NCBI GenBank assembly: GCA_964412665.1
Contig: CAYPPR010000009.1
Location: forward strand, 18,091-82,090
Length of the DNA stretch: 64,000 bases
Source: an uncultured Desulfopila sp.
GTDB taxonomy: Bacteria > Desulfobacterota > Desulfobulbia > Desulfobulbales > Desulfocapsaceae
Direction: 5' to 3'
Positions 35,901 to 44,760 of the stretch are shown piece after piece; position 1 is the first letter of the stretch, and each line of letters starts with the position of its first letter. Under the pieces are notes generated by a model. It searched no databases, was not told the DNA's origin, and worked only from the letters and a program-made list of their open reading frames with translations. A program made the position numbers and the translations under genes.

Positions 35901-37886
35901 TCAAACAATTCTTTCGGCAAGGATTTCGGCAATATCTTTTGGCCTCAGTGTCTCTTCCACCTCGGCGCCCTTCACTCCATCCTCAAACATAGTCAGGCAA
36001 AACGGACAGTTGGACAGCAAAGTTGCCGCGCCGGTCTCGGCGGCCATTTTCACCCGCTTGACATTCATCCTCTCACCTATTTTTTCTTCGGCGAGTATCC
36101 GACCACCGCCGGCGCTGCAACAGAATGCCTCGGCCCGGTTCTTCTCCATCTCCACCAACCTGCCGCCGGCGGCCTTGATAAGCGCTCTCGGGGCATCATA
36201 GATATCATTATGCCGTCCGAGATAACAGGAGTCATGGTAGGTGCAGCTCAATTCCCGGGCATCGATGCGCAACTTGCCGTCGTCCAGAAGTTTTTCCAGA
36301 AATACGGTATAAGTTTCAACCTCGATATCAAAACCCAGATCCCGATAATCTTTTTCCAGGGTATTAAAACAGTGCGGACAGGTGGTGACTATTTTTTTAA
36401 TGCCATAGGATTTCATTACTTCGATATTCTCGACGGCCAGGCTCTGATAGAGATACTCGTTGCCCATCTTGCGCATCGGTTCGCCACAGCATTTTTCTTC
36501 CTTGCCAAGAATACCGACTTTCACCCCGGCGGCCTGACAGAGCGTGATAAAACTTTTGGCAACGGCGATATTGCGTTTGTCAAAGGAGGCATAGCAGCCG
36601 ACAAAATAAAGCACATCGACCTCGGCATCTTCGGCCAGCGGCTTGATGCCCAATTCCGCGGCCCAGTCGGCCCGTTCGGCGTAACCGATGCCGAGCGGAT
36701 TACCGTTCACCTCGGTTGCTTCCATGGCGGTCATCACTTCTTCGCCTGGGAATTCGCCCTCCATAAGGACCATGGCCCGACGACAGTCAATAATCTTGTT
36801 GACATGTTCAATGGCCGCCGGACAGATCTCCTGACAGGCCCGACAGGTGGTGCAGGCCCAGAGGACATCTTTACCAAGGGTGTCTATCAGATTTGCTTGA
36901 GGATTGTTGAAAGCAACCTCGCCCAGCTGATTGACTACCTTCATCGGCGAAAGCGGCTTGCCGGTATTAAAGGCCGGGCAGCGATCCTGGCAGCGCATGC
37001 ACAGGGTACAGGCATCGGCATCGAAGATATCTTTCCAGGTCATTTCTTTTACTTGATTGGTACCGAAGGTCTCGGCATCCTCGTTTTCCAGATCGAGATT
37101 CACGAGCTTGCCCTTGGGCCCGAGGTCATCAAAAAGATAATTGGTGCTGGTGGTGAAAATATGCCTGAATTTGGTCAAGGGGATAAGGACAAAAAAGCCC
37201 ATGACGAGCAGAAGATGGAACCACCAGATCACCTTGTGCAGCGCCCGCAGGCCACCCTCGCCCATGCCGGAGATAGCGTTCGCCACCAGCAAGCCCACCG
37301 GCGACCAATAAGACAGCGGCGTGCCGAGCTCGGTGACGGCTATTCGCGCCCCTTCAACAAGAAAGCCGGTGAAGAGAATGGCCAGAAGCAGCGCATGCAT
37401 GATTGCATCATCCTTTTTCGTCTCCAGGCCTTCCGGGGCAAAAAAGTAACGCCGGACGAGCAGACCACCGAGCATCAAGATACAGACCAGACCGGCGACA
37501 TCAAGAATGACCGAAAAAAACAGGTAAAACGTACCTTTGAGAAACTTTATATCAAAGAACAGATCGGTAAAGTCGGCCTGAATAACAATAAGTGTCGTGC
37601 CGATAAACAGCAGGCCGAATCCCCAGAAGAAGAGGCCATGCAGCAGGCCCGGCCAGCGGACTCCGGCGACCTTTTTCTGCAGCAGGACATTTGCCGCCAT
37701 GTGGCGAATCCGTGTACCCAGCTGATCGGTTCGGTTCAGCGGCAGACCTTGTTTGTACACCTTGACTCTTTGCAGAAATCCTCGCACCAAGAGCCCGATT
37801 GCAGCAAAGGCGAATAGGTACATGGGCACCAGAGTTTCTGCGCCATGGCCGACATTCCAGTAAATTTCTCGAGTAAATTCCATCAT
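35901..37886 (-). CDS. membrane-anchored FeS oxidoreductase (NarI/DsrM-like TM domain + 2x[4Fe-4S] + two CCG domains; HdrD/DsrK/GlpC-like)
   Basis: About 250 aa of N-terminal TM helices. CTLCMRCQDRCPA and CTTCRACQEICPA ferredoxin motifs. CCGEP and FCCSAGGG CCG-domain motifs. Confidence 0.85.
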   Translation of the reverse strand: MMEFTREIYWNVGHGAETLVPMYLFAFAAIGLLVRGFLQRVKVYKQGLPLNRTDQLGTRIRHMAANVLLQKKVAGVRWPGLLHGLFFWGFGLLFIGTTLIVIQADFTDLFFDIKFLKGTFYLFFSVILDVAGLVCILMLGGLLVRRYFFAPEGLETKKDDAIMHALLLAILFTGFLVEGARIAVTELGTPLSYWSPVGLLVANAISGMGEGGLRALHKVIWWFHLLLVMGFFVLIPLTKFRHIFTTSTNYLFDDLGPKGKLVNLDLENEDAETFGTNQVKEMTWKDIFDADACTLCMRCQDRCPAFNTGKPLSPMKVVNQLGEVAFNNPQANLIDTLGKDVLWACTTCRACQEICPAAIEHVNKIIDCRRAMVLMEGEFPGEEVMTAMEATEVNGNPLGIGYAERADWAAELGIKPLAEDAEVDVLYFVGCYASFDKRNIAVAKSFITLCQAAGVKVGILGKEEKCCGEPMRKMGNEYLYQSLAVENIEVMKSYGIKKIVTTCPHCFNTLEKDYRDLGFDIEVETYTVFLEKLLDDGKLRIDARELSCTYHDSCYLGRHNDIYDAPRALIKAAGGRLVEMEKNRAEAFCCSAGGGRILAEEKIGERMNVKRVKMAAETGAATLLSNCPFCLTMFEDGVKGAEVEETLRPKDIAEILAERIV

Positions 37887-37914
37887 CTTCTCCAGTTACA
37901 GTTACTGCTTTTTC

Positions 37915-39060
37915 TCATCGTGTCAGTGCGCTGCCGATAACCAGGCGCTGCACTTCACTGGTCCCTTCATAAATCTCGGTAATTTTCGCATCCCGCATCA
38001 TACGCTCTACGGGAAAATCCCGCGTATAGCCATAACCACCGAGGATCTGCACAGCCTGGGTTGTCACCCGCATGGCCGTCTCGCTGGCCATCAGTTTGGC
38101 CATGGCCGACTGCTGGGAATAGGACAGACCGCTGCTCGCCCGGTAGGCGGCATTGTAGATCAGCAATCGTGATGCCTCTATCTGGGTGGCCATATCGGCC
38201 AGCTGAAACTGCACACCCTGGAAGCGGCTGATCGGACTGCCGAACTGTTGCCGCTCTTTGGCATAATTGACGGCAGCGTCCAGAGCCCCCTGGGCAATGC
38301 CCAGAGCCTGGGAGGCAATACCGATGCGGCCTCCATCGAGGGTCTTCATGGCAACCTTAAATCCCTCGCCTTCCTGACCAAGCAGGTTAGCCGCGGGAAT
38401 TCGGCAATCTTGAAAAATAAGCTCCATGGTCGGAGAGGAGCGGATGCCCATCTTCTGCTCTTTTTTACCAAAGGAAAAGCCTGCCGTGCCTTTTTCGACA
38501 ATAAAAGCGCTGATACCGTAATGTTTCTTCGCATCCTTATCCGTTCTGGCAAAAACGATATAGATTTCCGCCTCGCCGGCATTGGTGATAAATATTTTCG
38601 TGCCGTTGAGAATCCAGAAATCACCATCTCTGATCGCCGTCGTTCTGGTCCCTCCGGCATCCGATCCGGCCGAGGGTTCAGTCAAGCCAAAGGCGCCCAT
38701 TTTCCGACCTTCGGCCATAGGCACCAGGAACTCTTTCTTCTGAGTCTCGCTGCCAAAGAGATAGATTGGATTGGAGCCCAGAGATAAATGGGCGGAAAGG
38801 GTTACTCCGGTTGACGCACAGACCCTGGACAATTCTTCAACGGCGATGGCGTAGCTGATATAATCGGCCCCCGCCCCACCATATTCCTCTGGGAAAACAA
38901 TGCCGGTCAGGCCAAGCTCGGCAAGTCTGTCGAACATCAAGCCGCGATCAAATCGTTCCGTTTCATCCCGTTCAGCGGCAGAGGGAGCGACTTCCTTCTC
39001 GGCAAATTCACGGACCATGTCGCGCAGGAGACTCTGTTCTTCAGTAGGTTCAAAATTCAT
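37915..39060 (-). CDS. short/medium-chain acyl-CoA dehydrogenase (butyryl-CoA dehydrogenase-like)
   Basis: 381 aa. [18 protein letters not shown] and a C-terminal YEGTSE motif with the catalytic Glu. Confidence 0.93.
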   Translation of the reverse strand: MNFEPTEEQSLLRDMVREFAEKEVAPSAAERDETERFDRGLMFDRLAELGLTGIVFPEEYGGAGADYISYAIAVEELSRVCASTGVTLSAHLSLGSNPIYLFGSETQKKEFLVPMAEGRKMGAFGLTEPSAGSDAGGTRTTAIRDGDFWILNGTKIFITNAGEAEIYIVFARTDKDAKKHYGISAFIVEKGTAGFSFGKKEQKMGIRSSPTMELIFQDCRIPAANLLGQEGEGFKVAMKTLDGGRIGIASQALGIAQGALDAAVNYAKERQQFGSPISRFQGVQFQLADMATQIEASRLLIYNAAYRASSGLSYSQQSAMAKLMASETAMRVTTQAVQILGGYGYTRDFPVERMMRDAKITEIYEGTSEVQRLVIGSALTR

Positions 39061-39125
39061 ACTGCATCCTCCAACAAGGGATCGAGCTTTTCATATTACA
39101 CATCTTGATTTTTTTTTCATTCCCT

Positions 39126-39154
39126 TTTATAAATAATGTTTACGTAAAGGTCAA
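39126..39154 (-). promoter_or_regulatory. putative promoter of the acd-FeS-etfBA operon with a TTTACGTAAA dyad in the spacer
   Basis: On the minus strand, TTGACC, a 17-nt spacer, then TATAAA. The spacer starts with the perfect palindrome TTTACGTAAA (39139-39148). Confidence 0.5.
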
Positions 39155-39252
39155 GAATTTTCAACCTGTTTTCTACTTCCTCCGCAAACCCATAGAAAAC
39201 AGCACTGTAATCTACTTTTTTCATTTGACAGAGAAAGGGTGAGCATGATACT

Positions 39253-39282
39253 TTGACAACAACATATTACGTAAAGGTAAAT
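39253..39282 (+). promoter_or_regulatory. putative MerR-gene promoter with a TTACGTAA dyad in the spacer
   Basis: TTGACA (39253-39258), an 18-nt spacer, then GTAAAT. TTACGTAA lies at 39267-39274. A second TTGACA-N18-TACTTT lies 28 nt upstream. Confidence 0.4.
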
Positions 39283-39369
39283 GCTATTTTGAAATACAGC
39301 TGACCGCACCAGGCGGCCTTCTGACCGGCGCACCAGCCGCGTTCGCGGTTTTTAAACAAGGATGACAAC

Positions 39370-39777
39370 ATGAGCAACACCATGTCCAAACTGGTACAGA
39401 TTGGTGAATTAGCCAAGAGCCTCGGCATTACCACACGGACGATTCGCTATTATGAAGAGATAGGCTTGATGGGTAAAACGGACCGGCTCGGTGGCAGCAC
39501 TCGCACCTATACGAATGACGACGTACTCCGGTTGAAATTCATTCTAAAACTAAAGACAATGGGAATTTCCCTGAAAGAGATCGAACAACTCTCCGATATT
39601 TTTGACATCCATGAGAAAGACTTTAACAAGATCACGCCAAAACTCATCGAGATCCTCGACAACCACATTGCCAAAGTCGACGAAAAAATGGCCAACCTCT
39701 CTTCACTCCGCAAAGACATCGTCGAATATCGTATTCGCATGACCGAGTTTCTCACCCACAACGGCAAGGAAAAATAA
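39370..39777 (+). CDS. MerR-family transcriptional regulator
   Basis: N-terminal wHTH IGELAKSLGITTRTIRYYEEIGL and a long C-terminal dimerisation helix. I see no obvious metal-binding Cys residues. Confidence 0.88.
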   Translation: MSNTMSKLVQIGELAKSLGITTRTIRYYEEIGLMGKTDRLGGSTRTYTNDDVLRLKFILKLKTMGISLKEIEQLSDIFDIHEKDFNKITPKLIEILDNHIAKVDEKMANLSSLRKDIVEYRIRMTEFLTHNGKEK

Positions 39778-39785
39778 CACAAGGG

Positions 39786-40244
39786 TCAGGCCGTATTTCT
39801 ATGATATCTTGTCAAAAATCTATCCAGCTGATTGGCAAAATTTTGCCGATCATTTTTATTTAACACCGGCGGGCCTCCGGTATCTATACCGGTGGCCCGC
39901 AGCGTCTCCATAAAATCTCGAACACTCAGGCGCGACCCGATACTCTCTGCCGCATACAACTCGCCACGCGGATTAAGCGCGGCACCTCCCTTTTCAATGA
40001 CATTTGCGGCAAGCGGAATATCTGCCGTGATAACCAGATCCCCGGGCACAAGCCTTTTAACAATCTCATTATCGGCGACATCCAGACCGGCAAGCACTCG
40101 AACGAAGGTAATGTGCCGAGAAGGCGGGATACGCACCGGCCGATTAGCCACCAGCGTTACCACCACCCCAGTGCGTTCCGCGGCTTTATATAAAATTTCT
40201 TTAATGACCACCGGACATGCATCGGCGTCGACCCAGATTTTCAT
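39786..40244 (-). CDS. YaiI/YqxD-family protein (UPF0178)
   Basis: [11 protein letters not shown] is the family-typical N-terminus. 152 aa. Confidence 0.85.
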   Translation of the reverse strand: MKIWVDADACPVVIKEILYKAAERTGVVVTLVANRPVRIPPSRHITFVRVLAGLDVADNEIVKRLVPGDLVITADIPLAANVIEKGGAALNPRGELYAAESIGSRLSVRDFMETLRATGIDTGGPPVLNKNDRQNFANQLDRFLTRYHRNTA

Positions 40245-40256
40245 TATTATCCTACT

Positions 40257-42374
40257 TTACCGCTGGATGGTAACGGCAAATTTTTCAAACTGGATGGTCG
40301 AGTCACGGCCCTCGCCGACCAAATGAAATGAAAATGCCTGCCTTGCTTCAGTGTTGTTAAAAGCAAACTCTATATGGCTCTCTTCACCGCTATGCAGAAG
40401 AGGAAATGGCGGATAGTCAATTGTCGTCACCTCCTTTTCAAACTGACGGAGGGTGAGCTTCAGCTGAACTCCCTCGTGCTGTACAGTCATCGCCTTCAGC
40501 CGGATATCCACATGGACTGTCGATTTTGCAGGAAAATCGAGATACTGCGCGCCAATCAGATTGTCCGTCCATTCATTTTTTACCTTTTCCGGAAGTTTCC
40601 TGATCTCCCCACCGGCAAACTGCAACACCAGTTTTTCCTTTTGACTGGAGAGCTTATGATCGAGAACCGTTGCCAGGCCGAAAAAACGCCCGGCACTGTT
40701 TTCCGTATCCTCTTCGAATACCTCCGGCCGCAGACCAATAAGACCTCCCTTTATTTTTCTGCAGTTACCGTCTCGGCCGCACTCAAAGAGGCTGTTCTCC
40801 GCCGTCTGCCAGCGCAACTTGCTGCTGGTATAAGAAACCATGTCGCGCCCGGTACTATAGTCACGAAAGATGCTTCTACCGATGATTGACGGCGGCATCG
40901 GCAGATTAAAATAGTCGAGCACCGAGGCCTCGATATCCACTAGACCGTAAGTCCCCTTCTTCATGCGCGGCAGCTTTTCCTGTTCCGGCGCCAGGACGAT
41001 GGCAAAGCCCCAGCTGCTGTACCAGTCGGCGCCTTCTTCGCCATGGGATTCATCTGAGGTAATAATCACCAGCGTGTCATCGAGTACCCTGTCCCGACGC
41101 AGTCCGTCGATAAACGCCGCGACCGCCTCATCGAGCAGGGCGACGGTGGCGATTTTTCGTGACCCGGCGTACTTTTCCGCCTGGGCGTCAGTGGCGGCAA
41201 AGGGCTGGTGGGTAGCAACAGTCAGCAGCGACAACAGCCATGGTTTCTCAGCCGCCTGCAGATTGCCAATGTATTTTCGAGCTCCTGTAAAAAAATCAGC
41301 ATCGCTTGTCCCCCAGATAAAATCGTTCTCGGTTCGTTCGGTAAACCACTCAACGCCATGAACATGCTCAAAGCCCATGATCGGCATGGCCCGTTCCTTG
41401 TTCATGAACTGCAGACCGGCTCCCTGCAGGTAGTGGCTCTGCCATCCCCGCATGCTCATTTGCGCAGGCAAACATTCGGCGGCTCTGTCCGGATTATCCT
41501 GCAGCTCCATGGCCTTGGGCATTTCATAGGAAAACTTACTGAAATCGCCGCAATGTAAAGCATACAGGCCACGAATAGTCTGATGACTATGAGCGACAAA
41601 ATCCGCAACCAGCATGCCGCCCGAGGTGCTTGCGGCTAGCTTGTCCATCTGAAACATCTGCCCAGTCACACCCATCTCTTCTCTGATTTCCGGAAAATAG
41701 ATGCCGGGGATGCCTTCCAGGATAACAAGAAGGACATTTTTAGCCCCGCCCGTCTCCTCCGGCAGCAACTTTGCCCCACCCAGATCGACAATCCTCAGAT
41801 TTTGCGGCAGATCAGCAGCGCTCAGCCCGGCAACCTTATCAGAAAACTGCCGGGCGGAGGCGTCGGTGACCATCCAGTGCAGTGCATTATAACGGGCAGC
41901 CACACTCTGGTCACTCAAGGCTCGATTAACGGGAGAGTGCAACCCAAGCAACAGGCAACCCGTGACCAGGCTGGCTATGATCTTCCCCCAGCCCAGACGA
42001 CGTACCGGCAGCACGACCGCGACAGCGGTCACCAGCAGAAAGGCCAGGACAAAACCAGGATGAGCAAGATGAAAACCTGCCGTGGTGTTCTTGACAAAAG
42101 TCGGATCAAGCAGATACTGCATATCCTGCCAGGAGGGCAAACGCTGCATCGTCGCCATCAGTTCCTGCGACATGATCTGCATGAGAGTCCAGAATATGAG
42201 CAGAAGAGCCCTGAGCCAGCGTGGACTTTGACATGCCAGGCCATAGAGGATGAAGGCAAGACCTATATCCGAGAGGAGTCCGGCCGGCTGGGTAAAGCTG
42301 TGGTTAAAGATTCGCCAGCCAACAGGGAAAAACCAGGGCAGGGCAAGAAAAAGCGAAAAGAATATGGGCCTCAA
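40257..42374 (-). CDS. membrane-anchored sulfatase-fold enzyme (LTA synthase / phosphoglycerol- or phosphoethanolamine-transferase-like)
   Basis: About 170 aa of N-terminal TM helices, followed by an alkaline-phosphatase-superfamily domain (VLLVILEGIPG, TVATHQPF, ITSDESHGEE). An uncharacterised C-terminal ~200 aa follows. Confidence 0.7.
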   Translation of the reverse strand: MRPIFFSLFLALPWFFPVGWRIFNHSFTQPAGLLSDIGLAFILYGLACQSPRWLRALLLIFWTLMQIMSQELMATMQRLPSWQDMQYLLDPTFVKNTTAGFHLAHPGFVLAFLLVTAVAVVLPVRRLGWGKIIASLVTGCLLLGLHSPVNRALSDQSVAARYNALHWMVTDASARQFSDKVAGLSAADLPQNLRIVDLGGAKLLPEETGGAKNVLLVILEGIPGIYFPEIREEMGVTGQMFQMDKLAASTSGGMLVADFVAHSHQTIRGLYALHCGDFSKFSYEMPKAMELQDNPDRAAECLPAQMSMRGWQSHYLQGAGLQFMNKERAMPIMGFEHVHGVEWFTERTENDFIWGTSDADFFTGARKYIGNLQAAEKPWLLSLLTVATHQPFAATDAQAEKYAGSRKIATVALLDEAVAAFIDGLRRDRVLDDTLVIITSDESHGEEGADWYSSWGFAIVLAPEQEKLPRMKKGTYGLVDIEASVLDYFNLPMPPSIIGRSIFRDYSTGRDMVSYTSSKLRWQTAENSLFECGRDGNCRKIKGGLIGLRPEVFEEDTENSAGRFFGLATVLDHKLSSQKEKLVLQFAGGEIRKLPEKVKNEWTDNLIGAQYLDFPAKSTVHVDIRLKAMTVQHEGVQLKLTLRQFEKEVTTIDYPPFPLLHSGEESHIEFAFNNTEARQAFSFHLVGEGRDSTIQFEKFAVTIQR

Positions 42375-43303
42375 GGTGTTCGATCCGCCTCCTGCTGCTC
42401 CTTCATGTTCTCGAGCATTTGCACACTGAAGGCCTTGCTTTTCTCACCATAATAAACCGATCGATGCGGAAAGGGAATTTCAATATTATTTTCATCAAAG
42501 GCGTATTTAATTCTGCGCAGGAATTCACGGCCGACTTCCCATTGCTTGATCGGTTTGGTCTTGATCCGGCCCTTGATGATGACGGCGGAATCGGCAAATT
42601 TGTCAACGCCGAAGATATCGACATCCTCTAGGATAGATCTGCTGAACTTGACATCTTCGCGCAGTGTTCTGCCGACCTCTCTGATGATTTCAATAACCTG
42701 ATCGGTGTCCTCCTTATAAGCGACGCCGATATCAAAAACGTACGCCGACCATTCGGTAGTCAGGTTGCTGAGTGTCGAGATACTGCCATTGGGGAAAACA
42801 TGCACCATCCCGGCGAGATCCCGCAGGACGGTGGTCCGAAAATTAATATGTTCAACGAGACCGCCGGTTCCATTGACAATGGCCACGTCACCGACCCGTA
42901 TCTGGTTTTCCAGGATGATAAAAAAACCGGCAATGACATCACGAACCAGGTTTTGCGCGCCAAAACCCACCGCCAGGCCAACCACCCCGGCACTGGCCAG
43001 AATAGGAGCAACTTCCACGCCGAATTCCTTTAAAATCACTAAACCAAATGTCAGCCACAGGGCCAGGAACATACCTTGTCTTATCAAACGAACAATCGTT
43101 TCGATTCGTTTCTGCGATTCGGATGGCGGCTCACCCTCTTCGACGCTTTTTACAATCAGACGGTTTTCCAGGCGACGCAGGAATTTCTGCAGCACTTTTA
43201 CGGCAATCCAGGCAAAGACCATCATAAGGAAAACGCGCAATCCGGTCTTGATGATGATTTCCCAGCTAAACTCGCTTAAAAAATCTTGAATTATATTCAT
43301 CAT
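42371..43303 (-). CDS. small-conductance mechanosensitive channel (MscS family)
   Basis: Three TM helices and the pore-helix region GLAVGFGAQNLVRDVIAGFFIILENQIRVGD. The stop overlaps the next gene's start. Confidence 0.9.
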   Translation of the reverse strand: MMNIIQDFLSEFSWEIIIKTGLRVFLMMVFAWIAVKVLQKFLRRLENRLIVKSVEEGEPPSESQKRIETIVRLIRQGMFLALWLTFGLVILKEFGVEVAPILASAGVVGLAVGFGAQNLVRDVIAGFFIILENQIRVGDVAIVNGTGGLVEHINFRTTVLRDLAGMVHVFPNGSISTLSNLTTEWSAYVFDIGVAYKEDTDQVIEIIREVGRTLREDVKFSRSILEDVDIFGVDKFADSAVIIKGRIKTKPIKQWEVGREFLRRIKYAFDENNIEIPFPHRSVYYGEKSKAFSVQMLENMKEQQEADRTP

Positions 43304-43483
43304 ATTCCTCCTCGAAAATACCTATCCTCGAACAGGCCCCAAACATAATCAATACCAAAAAGCATACTTTGAAAAGAGAGGACCGATTTGTTCGCTGAAT
43401 ATTTTACTGTGAATGTAAAAGGTTCGGAGCTAATGGCTTTACAGGAATCTCTCAATGATAATCGCCATAAGCTACCATAGATC

Positions 43484-43523
43484 AAAAAAATAGCGTATCG
43501 GACCGTCGCGAAGTCCGAGACGC
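43484..43523 (-). terminator. Rho-independent terminator after the FeS-protein gene (end of the long minus-strand operon)
   Basis: The minus strand reads GCGTCTCGGAC-ttcgcgac-GTCCGATACGC followed by TATTTTTTT. Confidence 0.7.
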
Positions 43524-43553
43524 TATCAAAGGTAGATAAACCCCAGTTGTTAT

Positions 43554-44732
43554 CTACCCCATTCTTAGTGTGCGTCGTATCTTGTTTTTTATGCCGCTGA
43601 TGACAAAAGGTGTCAACCGTTTTTTTTCTTTGAGGATCTGTTGAAAGAGATCCTTTTTTTTCTCGGGGATCTCCGGCCGCTGCACCGGGATGAGAGACAA
43701 GGAGCCGGTCGGACAGGAACTGATACAGGCGCCGCAACCGAGACAGTTGTCGAAAAGAACCTGCATTCGCTTCTTCTTCCGACCATTTTCAACGTCAAGC
43801 AGTTCCAGTGCGGTAACGTTGCAGGCCTTTTTACAGAGCCCGCAGCCGACACAGGTCTCGCTGTTGATCTGCAGGGTATAATTGGTCTTTGCTATGCCCA
43901 TGGGAAAACCCTGATTCACCCCGCCGAGCAACTCGCAGCAACAGGAGCAGCAGTTACAGATAAACGACGGCTTGTGGCGGATATTGTCGGTGATATGGGT
44001 CAACTGCAGATCTCTGGCCCCAGCAAGGATGGCCAGCAACTGTTCCTTGCTGCGGTGCTCGGCAAAGCCCCGGCGCACCATGAATTTAGCGGCGGTGCCG
44101 AGGGAAATGCAGATCTCCTTGGTCGGCGCGTTTTTATCGCAGCTCTGGTTGAGATGCTCTTTTTTGTGCCGGCAATAGCACATGCCGATGGCACCATAAC
44201 TTGCACCCTTGATGATCTCCCTGGCACTTTCATAGGTCGCCACCTGGGAGTCGACCGGAATATGCTCCTCATAAGGCAAGGTGCGGGTAAGCGGCGTCTT
44301 GCTGCCGAAAAACTCCCGGCCCATCTGCTGGTCGGGGTCACCATAGAGATATTCGTGCATGAGCTGGGCCAGTTCGGCTACCGGCAGATCGTTACGCTGC
44401 TTCATAAAGCTGAACTCAAAAAAACCGATCAACCCGGGCATCAGTAGATAGTAGGTCTTGCCGCCGTAGGTGGTGTCCATCACCAGACCCTTTTCGGCCA
44501 TCGCCTCAAGCTGGTTCTTCAGCCTTTCGGGCTGCCAGCCCGTAGCCTTGACCAGCTCCGACAGGGTGGCTTCGGTGAGCGGAAAGCGGGAAGCGACATA
44601 GGCCTCATCTTCGGAAAAAAGAATTGCCAGAATTTGGCGCAGCTTATCGGTATCGGGTAAACCGATGGGATATTTATTCAGCCGGTCGATGAGTGGTACG
44701 ATATTGCTTTTTCCGTCGAGGTGGTGCCCCAT
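43554..44732 (-). CDS. FeS protein: N-terminal wHTH-like region, Cys-rich middle (CYCRH.., CNCCSCCC) and a C-terminal 2x[4Fe-4S] ferredoxin domain
   Basis: CVGCGLCKKACNV and CLGCGACISSCPTG dicluster motifs, plus additional Cys clusters. No closer family recognised. Confidence 0.7.
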   Translation of the reverse strand: MGHHLDGKSNIVPLIDRLNKYPIGLPDTDKLRQILAILFSEDEAYVASRFPLTEATLSELVKATGWQPERLKNQLEAMAEKGLVMDTTYGGKTYYLLMPGLIGFFEFSFMKQRNDLPVAELAQLMHEYLYGDPDQQMGREFFGSKTPLTRTLPYEEHIPVDSQVATYESAREIIKGASYGAIGMCYCRHKKEHLNQSCDKNAPTKEICISLGTAAKFMVRRGFAEHRSKEQLLAILAGARDLQLTHITDNIRHKPSFICNCCSCCCELLGGVNQGFPMGIAKTNYTLQINSETCVGCGLCKKACNVTALELLDVENGRKKKRMQVLFDNCLGCGACISSCPTGSLSLIPVQRPEIPEKKKDLFQQILKEKKRLTPFVISGIKNKIRRTLRMG

Positions 44733-44760
44733 TTTTATTCCTTTCGTTCAAAACGTCAAC

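Noticed and set aside
35796-37817. 673-aa plus-strand ORF, one of the longest on the track
   Set aside because: It lies entirely antisense to the 661-aa FeS oxidoreductase, whose ferredoxin and CCG motifs are unmistakable. Its own translation is low-complexity (Gly/His/Phe/Ile-rich), has no SD and carries no recognisable motif. It is a shadow ORF.
43300-43737. 145-aa minus-strand ORF bridging the FeS-protein gene end and the mscS upstream region
   Set aside because: It overlaps the well-supported FeS protein C-terminus in another frame and runs through a terminator. It has no SD.
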